DNA from: Deltaproteobacteria bacterium
GTDB lineage: Bacteria > Desulfobacterota > BSN033 > UBA1163
DNA: 64,000 bases
NCBI GenBank assembly: GCA_037443425.1
Contig: JBBIOI010000002.1
Location: forward strand, 17,867 to 81,866
Direction: 5' to 3'
Shown: one piece after another, positions 26,343-35,194 of the stretch
Layout: every line of letters starts with the position of its first letter
Position numbering within the stretch: position 1 is the first letter of the stretch
Notes under the pieces: generated by a model
What the model was told of the DNA's origin: nothing
Databases searched by the model: none
What the model saw: only the letters and a program-made list of their open reading frames with translations
Translations under genes and position numbers: made by a program

Positions 26343-27434
26343 TTAAATTCTCCCTTTTTCTTTCATAAGGCGGGTGATCAGATCTTTATAAGTTTTAGGT
26401 GGTATAACTCTTTTTTTCCTTTCTTTCATCTCGATTGCCCCAGTGGGGCAGAAATGGGCACAGACACCGCAACCAAGGCATGTTTCTTGGTCTGGAACCG
26501 GGTAATCTCCAACCATCTTTATTGCTTTAATCTGACAGTGCTCTTCACATTGAGCGCATCCATTACATTTTTCAAGAATAACGCTTGTAATATAGTTTGT
26601 AGTGGTAACAGCATTTTTTAAATGGTGTTTTGTTATTCCTTCAAGTAGTCCGCAACAACATCCGCAACAGTTACAGATAAAGGTGGTCTGTTCCATCACA
26701 TTGTCTCCCATATGAACTAAACCATAGTCTTCTGCCCTCTTTAATGCATCTAACAATTGATCCACATTGGCCCTCTTTGCAAATCCTTGTTCTACTAAAA
26801 AGTCTGATGCAGTCCCAAGGCTCATACAAATATCTTCAATCGGAGCAGAGCAGTTCTTTCCGAGATGCCATGCCTCATGACGACAATAACACCTCCCCAG
26901 ACTTCCACGGCCTGCCTTTCGTATATGTTCTTCTGCTTGATCAAAACTTAAAACCTCACTTCTTACTTTTGGGATAGCGTCACTGTACAGATAGGCTTTA
27001 GTCCTTGGTGTCTGGGAGAAAAATTCTTTGATAAATTCATTTGTGTTTCTATAAGTATACATCAATTCTGCAAGCCTTTTCATTGGAAGGGATTCATCCG
27101 TACGCATAAAGGTCATCTCAAAAAAACCAGTGACCCCTGGCGAGAGAAGATATTTCGTCTCTCCGCCCTTTAATGAAGAATAGATGAGTCCCTTTTTGAT
27201 CATTCCTTTTAAAATTTCTTCAAGCTCTTTTCGTTCCATTTCGGTTGCCTTTTGAATCTCATCAAATGTGACAAAACCAAATGGAAACTTCGATCCTACC
27301 TCAGCCTCCTTTTCACTAAAAAGGATTGCAAGGATTTCATAAAGACTGCTATGCTCGGGAAGGCCTATTGGATTATGATTAAGCCTCTTTTGAAGTTCTT
27401 TTAGAATATCCATTTTGCTCATTATGTGGCCCAT
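26343..27434 (-). CDS. Cys-rich Fe-S protein with two ferredoxin-type 4Fe-4S motifs and an N-terminal winged-helix-like segment
   Basis: CNGCAQCEEHCQ...CLGCGVCAHFCP (2 x CX2CX2CX3C), plus CYCRHEAWHLGKNC...C and the FICNCCGCCCGLL clusters. It is the last gene of the minus-strand operon. Confidence 0.6.
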   Translation of the reverse strand: MGHIMSKMDILKELQKRLNHNPIGLPEHSSLYEILAILFSEKEAEVGSKFPFGFVTFDEIQKATEMERKELEEILKGMIKKGLIYSSLKGGETKYLLSPGVTGFFEMTFMRTDESLPMKRLAELMYTYRNTNEFIKEFFSQTPRTKAYLYSDAIPKVRSEVLSFDQAEEHIRKAGRGSLGRCYCRHEAWHLGKNCSAPIEDICMSLGTASDFLVEQGFAKRANVDQLLDALKRAEDYGLVHMGDNVMEQTTFICNCCGCCCGLLEGITKHHLKNAVTTTNYITSVILEKCNGCAQCEEHCQIKAIKMVGDYPVPDQETCLGCGVCAHFCPTGAIEMKERKKRVIPPKTYKDLITRLMKEKGRI

Positions 27435-27459
27435 AATAAGTTTACCTCCTCTTTATATA

Positions 27460-27753
27460 TCAAACCCTGAAATGCTCTCCACTTGCCTTTCTTTTCCATC
27501 GAACCCTCTGAATAAGCGGAAGATTCAACTTAAGCGCACCTTTCCTTGGGCAATGCATAACACAAATCCCACAATACCAGCATTCATCAGGGAAGAGAAT
27601 AATAGGGGTTGATCCTTTTTGCGGATTTGGAATTAGAATATCCATGGGACATATATTAACACATATGTTACAGCCGTTACATCGTTTTTCATTAAAGATA
27701 AGAGGTCTGTTTGGTGTTATAGGATTCGGGATTGCATAGATTTTGGTTTTCAT
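27460..27753 (-). CDS. AprB-like 2x[4Fe-4S] ferredoxin subunit (short form)
   Basis: CNGCNICVNICPMDIL...FPDECWYCGICVMHCP. 4-nt overlap with the upstream flavoprotein gene. Confidence 0.7.
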   Translation of the reverse strand: MKTKIYAIPNPITPNRPLIFNEKRCNGCNICVNICPMDILIPNPQKGSTPIILFPDECWYCGICVMHCPRKGALKLNLPLIQRVRWKRKASGEHFRV

Positions 27754-29744
27754 TTCAACCCTTTCTTTTCCTTTATAGCTTGATTTTTTAAATATTCTTT
27801 ATTCCTTGATTCATAATTATCACTTAGAGAACCATAAAAATCGATTGGGAGATATGAAATTTTTACATCACCATCTACCTGTTTAAGGATAATAAACCTT
27901 TTCCATTCTGGTGGGTCCATCTCAGGAAAGTCATATCTATTAAAACCAAGAAATTTACTGCTTGCCTTTCTTGCAAGTGAACTATGTAGAATCATTTCAC
28001 AGCAAGTTAATATATCAATGACCTCGAGTGTTCGCATCAATCTATGGGGATCTGGTGCATAAAGTCGCGGCACCTCATTTTTAAAAATATCTTTAAACCA
28101 TAGAAGGCCAATCTTAAGAAGTTCCTCATTTTTTTGATCCCCACAATAGTTCTGCATAATCCTTGAACTTGCAGCATTCAGTTCCTTCCAATTGAGACCT
28201 TTTAAACGAGTATTTTTTGTAAGTGAATATATTCGAATCTTTTCTTCCTCCACCTGTTTTCTATCTATTTTTGCCTTTTTTATTTTATTAAGATTTTGAG
28301 AAGCCTTTCTTCCAGCATATCTCCCAGTTGCAGCAGCATGGTGATGATAATTTGAAGAAAAGAGTTGATCACCCGCAGCATAGAGACATTCAAGAGAGGT
28401 TTGGAGATTCCAATCTACCATTAGGCCCCCACATGGGCCGACTTCACCAAAAATCCTTTTATTGGGAGAAGCGGGGGTGCGAAGAGGATCTGAGCCTAAA
28501 AAAAGGTAGCTTTGAAGGAGGTCCTTATCAGGACAAAACCCAGCCCTTGTATAATTCTCATATATTGGGATTCTTGTTTTTCCCTCTTCACCCACCATCA
28601 ATCCCCAAATAACACGACGCTCATCATCGGGCATTCCTGGAAGGTCGGCGTATAATGGAAGAACAAACTCTCCCTTTCTTATTTTTTCTTCAAGATCAGG
28701 AATAAGTTGGGGTCTTTTGTATTCATAGGATTGAGACCTTTCCCCTAAAAATTTCTGACCCGAAGCTGGGATGCAACGTTCAAGAACCGTTTTCAGTATT
28801 TTTTCATTTCGATCAACCCATGGGATCTGCTTTCCATTTGCATCTACCATTGAACAGGGATACCATGTATTGAATGGATTTCCCTGACCATAAATTGGAA
28901 AGCCATTGCCACTTCCCATGATATGAGGGGTTGATTTTTCCATGAGTGTAAATTCAGCCCCTGCTCTGTATGCAATTGCATGACCATCACCCACATTTGT
29001 CTGTGGTCTTAATGTATCAAAACCAGTCAGTTCTGATTGGAATTGCCAGATCCTTTGTGGCCGAGAAAGGCAAAGTATCGTAGCCTTAGCATTGAATATA
29101 AAGAATTCACCCGTTCTAACATTGATTCCAGTGGCTCCAATAATCCTTTGCCCTTGCCTTCCTCTTTCATTTAATAATGAGGTGGCCATTATGCGGTCAA
29201 AAATCTTTACACCTAATCGTTTACATTCTTTGAACAACGAGGGTTTAAATGTTGTTCCCCATACTCTAAAATGAATCTTATTTTCATAATCATAAGCGAA
29301 GAGAAATTTTGTCTTTTCATCCCTAAATTTTGCCCCTTTGAATTCATCCTCAGTATCTCGAATCTTTCCCCCAATCTCCTCCAATTCAAGCAAGGTATCG
29401 AAGCTTTCCCTTGCTGATATATAGAAGGATATTGCATTGCAATAACCTCCTGAATCCAGTTGTTCAGCCTCTAAAATATCTTCAGCCGTAATTTTGGATA
29501 ATGGGTTTGGTGTTAGCACCCAATGGTCACAACCCGCCCCTCCAGCTCCGCTTCTTATGGTTGCTGCCTTCTCTACAATAGTAACATCTGCACCATTTCT
29601 CGAAGCACTAATAGCTGCCCAGCAGCCAGCAATACCGCCACCAAGGACAAGTATATCGGTTTCAATCAGGGTCTCTTTATCATAACGAATGGGATAAGGC
29701 CATTCAGGTAGGCCATAGCGCTTTATATATTCATTCCAGTCCAT
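27750..29744 (-). CDS. AprA / fumarate-reductase-like FAD flavoprotein (paralog 2, 664 aa)
   Basis: TDILVLGGGIAGCWAAISASRNG dinucleotide fold, a late LYAAGDQ motif, and a C-terminal capping region FNRYDFPEMDPPEWKRF. Confidence 0.75.
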   Translation of the reverse strand: MDWNEYIKRYGLPEWPYPIRYDKETLIETDILVLGGGIAGCWAAISASRNGADVTIVEKAATIRSGAGGAGCDHWVLTPNPLSKITAEDILEAEQLDSGGYCNAISFYISARESFDTLLELEEIGGKIRDTEDEFKGAKFRDEKTKFLFAYDYENKIHFRVWGTTFKPSLFKECKRLGVKIFDRIMATSLLNERGRQGQRIIGATGINVRTGEFFIFNAKATILCLSRPQRIWQFQSELTGFDTLRPQTNVGDGHAIAYRAGAEFTLMEKSTPHIMGSGNGFPIYGQGNPFNTWYPCSMVDANGKQIPWVDRNEKILKTVLERCIPASGQKFLGERSQSYEYKRPQLIPDLEEKIRKGEFVLPLYADLPGMPDDERRVIWGLMVGEEGKTRIPIYENYTRAGFCPDKDLLQSYLFLGSDPLRTPASPNKRIFGEVGPCGGLMVDWNLQTSLECLYAAGDQLFSSNYHHHAAATGRYAGRKASQNLNKIKKAKIDRKQVEEEKIRIYSLTKNTRLKGLNWKELNAASSRIMQNYCGDQKNEELLKIGLLWFKDIFKNEVPRLYAPDPHRLMRTLEVIDILTCCEMILHSSLARKASSKFLGFNRYDFPEMDPPEWKRFIILKQVDGDVKISYLPIDFYGSLSDNYESRNKEYLKNQAIKEKKGLK

Positions 29745-29780
29745 ATTTATCCTTCTTCATCAAATGGTGTTAATCTTTTG

Positions 29781-31559
29781 TTACTGAATAGGTATTTTAT
29801 TAAATTTCCAGTCACCAGTTTCATCTCTGCTTATAGCAAGAAATACATACCAATTATCATTGTCCTCCTCAGGATACTCTCTTCTATAAAAATCAAAGGC
29901 AGCTCTACTTTCTTTTCTCTCAATGGATGACCTCAATATCAATTCAGCATTATCAATAATCGATTTCACTTCAAGGCTTCTACTTAATTCGTGAGGATTT
30001 TCAGCCTTAAGCGGAGCTTGTTTTGCATCCTCAAGCCTTGTAAGTCCTCTTTTAAGGAGGCCCTCACCACGGATATCGCCACAATAAAAATCAATAAGAT
30101 TTTGAACATAGATTTCAACCTCTTTCCAGTAAAAGCCTTTTTTGCAATTCAAGATTTGACTGTATATCTCTCTTCTTTTCATTATCGTTTCTTTATCTAC
30201 TGAAAGAAATGCATTCTGTTCTTTAGCCCTTTTCTTTGCCATCTCACCTGCTCGCCAACCCATTGTCAGTGCACCAGGACCAGAGGCCCAGGGGACACCA
30301 CCTACCTCGTCTCCTGCCCCAAAAAGATTTCTAATATCTGTTTCCAAATCTTTATTTACCCATAATCCTTTAGCTGCTGTTCCTGCTAATTCACGGTTTG
30401 CCCAGCCTGCATATTCCTGAGGGTTCCTTCTTAAATCAAGTCTTTCCTCTTCTTCGAAATAACGCATAAACTGTGTACCCTTTCCTTCATTTCTTATTGA
30501 CCATCTTATATAATCAATTTCGTAATCAGTGGCTTCGGAGAAATCAAGAAAGAATGGCCCCTCTCCCTTAGAGACTCTTCTCGGTAACGAGGCACGACCA
30601 CCACGCCAGAGCTTTCTATCCTCCAGCCATTTTTTCCTTGTTTCAATGGGATCAAATCTTTCTTTACCAAGATTATCCCAATCATAAAAGTAGGTCCTCG
30701 GAACGATTATATTTCCAAAACCATCTATAATTCGAGCTGAAGGTTGAACCGTGTTTCTTGGATCACCATAATTTGGAGAATAGTATCCGCACACGGATAA
30801 TAGTCTTGAGCTTAGAAATTCGATATTAATTATTGGTAATCCAATTCTTATGGCCATAGATGTTCCATCACCTGTTAAAGTAGGTGGAAGCCTTGTATTG
30901 AAATCAACTCCCGAGGGATTTCTACTTAATCTATTAGACCTTCCTGAGGAGAGGATAACTGCCTTTGCTTTAAAAAAGTAGATATCTGCTGTGCGAGTGC
31001 CTATTCCTACAGCACCTGAAATCTGTCCATCAGTCTTTATTAGATCGGTCATCTGAACTCGATTAATAATATTAACCCCTCTTTTTTTTGCCTCATTTGT
31101 TAGTTTAAGCTTTAAAAATCTTCCGTCAAAATTAAAAGATGATGGTACACTATGGAATTGATATACGATTCTGAATTTGCCAGGGGCTTTGCTATCTTCA
31201 TATCTGAAATTTATACCAAATCTTTCAAGATCAAGAACCCTATCATATATCGATTCTGCAATTAGATAGAATAAGTCTTTTCTTAAAAAGCCAAAGGCCA
31301 CTGCCTGTTTATGATCCTCAAACATATCTTCGATACTGTAGCCCATCTTTTCATGAACCGGTGGTATATAGGCCCATAGGTGGTCTATACCCGATGAGGC
31401 ACATCCACTTGCAATAGTATTCGATTTTTCAACAAGCGTTACTTTTATATCCTGATCCTCAGATGCCTTTATTGCAGCCATTAGGCCTGCCAGTCCACCG
31501 CCAATTATCAAGACATCCGTTTCTAATGGAATTATTTGAGGTTCCATTTTAGCCTCCAC
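29781..31559 (-). CDS. AprA / fumarate-reductase-like FAD flavoprotein (paralog 1, 592 aa)
   Basis: TDVLIIGGGLAGLMAAIKAS dinucleotide fold, a late LFGAGDEVGG motif, and a C-terminal FYRREYPEEDNDNWYVF. Confidence 0.75.
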   Translation of the reverse strand: MEAKMEPQIIPLETDVLIIGGGLAGLMAAIKASEDQDIKVTLVEKSNTIASGCASSGIDHLWAYIPPVHEKMGYSIEDMFEDHKQAVAFGFLRKDLFYLIAESIYDRVLDLERFGINFRYEDSKAPGKFRIVYQFHSVPSSFNFDGRFLKLKLTNEAKKRGVNIINRVQMTDLIKTDGQISGAVGIGTRTADIYFFKAKAVILSSGRSNRLSRNPSGVDFNTRLPPTLTGDGTSMAIRIGLPIINIEFLSSRLLSVCGYYSPNYGDPRNTVQPSARIIDGFGNIIVPRTYFYDWDNLGKERFDPIETRKKWLEDRKLWRGGRASLPRRVSKGEGPFFLDFSEATDYEIDYIRWSIRNEGKGTQFMRYFEEEERLDLRRNPQEYAGWANRELAGTAAKGLWVNKDLETDIRNLFGAGDEVGGVPWASGPGALTMGWRAGEMAKKRAKEQNAFLSVDKETIMKRREIYSQILNCKKGFYWKEVEIYVQNLIDFYCGDIRGEGLLKRGLTRLEDAKQAPLKAENPHELSRSLEVKSIIDNAELILRSSIERKESRAAFDFYRREYPEEDNDNWYVFLAISRDETGDWKFNKIPIQ

Positions 31560-31561
31560 CT

Positions 31562-31798
31562 TTACCTAAGAAATCCACCTCTCATGGGAAATGGTGTCAC
31601 TATCTTAATAGCCCCTTTTTCACTTTGGGGACAGAATGTTATACAGCATCCACAGAACCAGCATTCATCAGGATACATCTCAATAGGTGGCTTCCCTTTT
31701 TGTGGATTTGGGGCTAATGCATCACACATACAAACATCTACACAGACATTACAGCCAGTACATGAATCTTCACTAAAATATATATGTCTGTAACCCAT
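31562..31798 (-). CDS. AprB-like 2x[4Fe-4S] ferredoxin subunit (short form)
   Basis: CTGCNVCVDVCMCDAL...YPDECWFCGCCITFCP. It lies 2 nt upstream of the flavoprotein gene and overlaps the permease stop by 26 nt. Confidence 0.7.
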   Translation of the reverse strand: MGYRHIYFSEDSCTGCNVCVDVCMCDALAPNPQKGKPPIEMYPDECWFCGCCITFCPQSEKGAIKIVTPFPMRGGFLR

Positions 31799-33680
31799 TT
31801 CTTAACCTCCAAGTTTTGTTCCTTTTCCAGTTATAAATTATTGCAATTATTAATAGTATAGTCCCTGATATGAATAAAATGGTCTTGAAATCCATTATGA
31901 AGTATAAAAATAAAAGGATACCTCCTGCGCCAGTTAATATCCTTTCGAATAATTTACAATTGGTAAAGATAAATCCTACAAAGTTTATTTCAAATGCAAG
32001 AAGGCAGGTAGCACTTGCAATAATAGAAATTATCCCCTGGAAGGGTTCTTTAGATTTAAGCAATAAAAAAGGTGAATAAATAAACATAAATGGGATAAGG
32101 AATCCTCCTATTGCAATCTTCATTGATTCCACTGCTGTCTTCATATATTTTGCATTTGCAAGCTTTGCGGCTACAAGGGATGCCATTGCAACAGGAGGTG
32201 TAACAAATGCAAAGCTTGCCATGTACATAATAAAAAAGTTTGCCTCTTCAAACCCCACTTTCATTTTAACGAGTGCAGGGACTGCAAATACAGAAAGAAT
32301 GAAATATGCAGTAAGGGCAGCACCAGCACATCCCAAGACAAAACAGATGGCCGCAATGATCAGCAGGGCAAGAAATAGGTATCCCCCACTCCATAACATT
32401 ATTCCTGATGAGAGCTTAACTCCTAAGCCACTTAGTGTAAGTGTGGCCATAACCATTCCAATACAGGCTGCCGATACTCCAATGCCTGCTCCAGCCCTTG
32501 CGCCCTTTACAAATCCCTCGATTATGTCAGTCAGTTTTGGACGATCTTCCTTCAGGAAATTAATGAGGATCGAGCTTATAATAGCCCAAAAGGCTACATA
32601 CATAACACTGTAGCCCTTTATCAAGAGATATATTATAACCAAAAAAGGTATAAGGAAGATTAAAAGGGAGAGAATGATTTCTTTTAACTCTATCTTTTCT
32701 TCAGGTATTCTACCTATCTGAAGTTTTCCAGATCTTAGGTAAACATATAAACCAACTCCCCAGTAGTATAACAGTGCTGGGATAACAGCCATGGTAATTA
32801 TCTTTAAATAAGGAATACCAGTAAGCCCAGCCATTCCAAAGGCTACGATTCCCATAACAGGTGGCATTATCAGTCCACCTGTGGAGGCGGAAGCCTCAAT
32901 TGCAGCTGCGTGCTCAGGTTTGTAGCCCGTCTTCTTCATTAGGGGAATGGTAAATGATCCTGTAATCACAACATTTGCAGCTGCACTCCCTGTTATCGAG
33001 CCCACAATAGAGCTACTGATTACTGCCATCATCCCAGGGCCTCCTCTGATTCTACTTGCCAGTATCCGAGCCAGTATCATAAATATACGTGTTCCTCCAA
33101 GTGATTGAAGTACAGCCCCGAAGATTACAAATAAGAAGATAAAATTGGCAGATGTTGGCAGTGCAACTCCAAATATTCCATTAACAAGGCCAATAGAAAG
33201 ATTTGATATGGTCTGGGCAATATCATATGCAGTGCAACGAAAAGGTTCTGGAAGATTTTTTCCAATAAAAGGATAACCTATAGCAATAATAGTAATAATT
33301 GGAAGTATTAAACCAAATTCCCTGCGAGTTGCCTCGATAACGAGGATAATGAGTATGACACCAGTGATTAAATCCAGTGTCGTATTGAAATAGGCTCTAT
33401 TTTCAAGCTCTTTCCAATTTAATTGGATATAGCCTGTTGAGAGAAAAGAAAAAACCGCAAGGACTAAAAAACATAACTTCGAGAGGCGGGTCTTTCCTTT
33501 GAGGATTCCGTCAAAAAATACCAACAAAAGTGATAAACCAAGGTGAGTATTTAGATGGGGTTTTGGGGCCTGAAGTAGCACCTGGGAGGAAATCATATGA
33601 TAGGCAGACATAAAGATACCAAGGATGAGAAATAGAAGATATAATCTGTTTTCCCTGACTTCTTTTAGCCAGTTTGACAT
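31773..33680 (-). CDS. TRAP transporter fused (4TM+12TM) permease, TAXI-associated type
   Basis: 635 aa and highly hydrophobic, the length typical of fused TRAP permeases. It is adjacent to a TAXI-like binding protein. Confidence 0.8.
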   Translation of the reverse strand: MSNWLKEVRENRLYLLFLILGIFMSAYHMISSQVLLQAPKPHLNTHLGLSLLLVFFDGILKGKTRLSKLCFLVLAVFSFLSTGYIQLNWKELENRAYFNTTLDLITGVILIILVIEATRREFGLILPIITIIAIGYPFIGKNLPEPFRCTAYDIAQTISNLSIGLVNGIFGVALPTSANFIFLFVIFGAVLQSLGGTRIFMILARILASRIRGGPGMMAVISSSIVGSITGSAAANVVITGSFTIPLMKKTGYKPEHAAAIEASASTGGLIMPPVMGIVAFGMAGLTGIPYLKIITMAVIPALLYYWGVGLYVYLRSGKLQIGRIPEEKIELKEIILSLLIFLIPFLVIIYLLIKGYSVMYVAFWAIISSILINFLKEDRPKLTDIIEGFVKGARAGAGIGVSAACIGMVMATLTLSGLGVKLSSGIMLWSGGYLFLALLIIAAICFVLGCAGAALTAYFILSVFAVPALVKMKVGFEEANFFIMYMASFAFVTPPVAMASLVAAKLANAKYMKTAVESMKIAIGGFLIPFMFIYSPFLLLKSKEPFQGIISIIASATCLLAFEINFVGFIFTNCKLFERILTGAGGILLFLYFIMDFKTILFISGTILLIIAIIYNWKRNKTWRLRNGLQTYIF

Positions 33681-33709
33681 ATTTAAATTTTTAAGTAAAG
33701 GATAGGCAA

Positions 33710-34756
33710 TTAAAACCCAAGTCCCTTTATTTTAACTCCTTTCTCTTTGAAGAATTTCTGGGCTGATGGATGATATGCCACCTCTGGAATTCCTAAAGAG
33801 GCCAGGGATTCTTTTGTTATGATCTCAGCCATTGGGGTATACTCTTTTAATAGATGTGCATTCTCATAAACCACCCTCAGTATCTCCTGTACAACATCTT
33901 CGGGCATGTCTATGTGGGCACAAAAACCAAGGGGTTTAAGAAGAATTGTATAGGGTTCTGTTTGAAGTGGCCCCAGGATTTTTGGTGGTAATACCTGAAA
34001 GTCTACAGGATGTCCTGTTTTATCCTTGAAGGATTTTATTCCCTTCTCTTCGAAAGAGATAAAGTATACATTTTTTGTTGCAACAAGTTCAGCAGTAAAA
34101 GGACTTGCCACATGGGTGTGAGGCAGTGTTTTTATTGCTGATCCACTATAGATGACATCTGCCATGCCATCTCTTAATGCTGCTGAGGCAGATTCACCAG
34201 ATGCATATTGATATTTCAATTTATCTACTGGAATACCAAGCTCATTCATTATACCCTTGTAGACAATTTCACGACCACCACCAGGTGTTGAGTCAAAGAT
34301 AACCCTTTTACCAATCATATCCTTTAGGGTCTTTAAGTTTGGATCAAGTGTACAGAGTCCATTTCCTGCAACTCCCATTAAAAAGATAAAACGGAACTCA
34401 TCATAATTGAATGGAACCTTTTCAAAAGGTCCTATCCTCTTTTTAGCCTCCCATATATCCCAGGTTGTATTAAAAAAGAGATAATTCTTTCTTTTTTCAG
34501 GCTTTGTAATCAATGTCCTCATATGAACTACTGGACTTCGTCCCTCAATATGAGTAGCCTTTATCATTGTACTCTTCTTATTGATCAGATCAGCCAGCCC
34601 AACACCTATAAGATAGGAGGCAAACCCTGTTGGAAGGGTTGATATCTCAAGCTGAAAGGGTTCCCTCTTAGTTTGAGCCTTTAAATGAGAAGAGAAAGTG
34701 AATAGATAAATTATTATTAAAACAATGTTTAGAAGAATGTACTTTCTTCTTGGCAT
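33710..34756 (-). CDS. TAXI-family TRAP transporter solute-binding protein
   Basis: Signal peptide (LNIVLIIIYLFTFSSHLKAQ) and a ~350 aa periplasmic-binding-like protein directly upstream of the fused permease. The assignment rests on context plus general resemblance. Confidence 0.65.
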   Translation of the reverse strand: MPRRKYILLNIVLIIIYLFTFSSHLKAQTKREPFQLEISTLPTGFASYLIGVGLADLINKKSTMIKATHIEGRSPVVHMRTLITKPEKRKNYLFFNTTWDIWEAKKRIGPFEKVPFNYDEFRFIFLMGVAGNGLCTLDPNLKTLKDMIGKRVIFDSTPGGGREIVYKGIMNELGIPVDKLKYQYASGESASAALRDGMADVIYSGSAIKTLPHTHVASPFTAELVATKNVYFISFEEKGIKSFKDKTGHPVDFQVLPPKILGPLQTEPYTILLKPLGFCAHIDMPEDVVQEILRVVYENAHLLKEYTPMAEIITKESLASLGIPEVAYHPSAQKFFKEKGVKIKGLGF

Positions 34757-34776
34757 GTTTCCCTCCTTTAATGATA

Positions 34777-35178
34777 TTATTTAATACCTAATCTTGATGC
34801 AATTCGACTATTGATTGTTTGAGAATAGGTCTCATCACCAAATATTCCTACCCGAATCTTTAGAAGTGTTGTTCCCGTTCCCCCTTGCGAAAGTTCGATC
34901 TTGATTTTTGTTCCATCGTTTCTTCTTGCCTCAATATTACCTGTTATTTTGTCCCTTTCTGTGTGAATAACTTTTATGTCAAGATCTTTTAGCGCCCCAA
35001 GGGTAGCATCCCATGCCCTGTCTAAAGTCGTAGGGTAGGTTGTTTGTAATTCACCTTTAATATAGGAAACCGTTGCCACTCCAGCACCAGCTCCAGCACC
35101 TACAGCTAAAAGCATACAACCCTGAATCAATAGATTCAGGGACAAGATCAATAATGAGAATATCTTCAAAATATTCAC
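34777..35178 (-). CDS. small lipoprotein, DUF3568-like
   Basis: Lipobox LIQGC after a signal peptide. A 133-aa beta-rich protein ending IRVGIFGDETYSQTI. The DUF number is from memory. Confidence 0.5.
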   Translation of the reverse strand: MNILKIFSLLILSLNLLIQGCMLLAVGAGAGAGVATVSYIKGELQTTYPTTLDRAWDATLGALKDLDIKVIHTERDKITGNIEARRNDGTKIKIELSQGGTGTTLLKIRVGIFGDETYSQTINSRIASRLGIK

Positions 35179-35194
35179 AAAAATTACCTCCCCT

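Noticed and set aside
27460-31798. Calling these genes bona fide dissimilatory adenylylsulfate reductase (aprBA).
   Set aside because: The ferredoxin subunits are 78 and 97 aa and lack the long AprB tail. The flavoproteins differ from the AprA motifs I remember. No sat, qmoABC or dsr genes are nearby, and the genes are embedded with a TRAP importer. I keep them as AprAB-like with unknown substrate.
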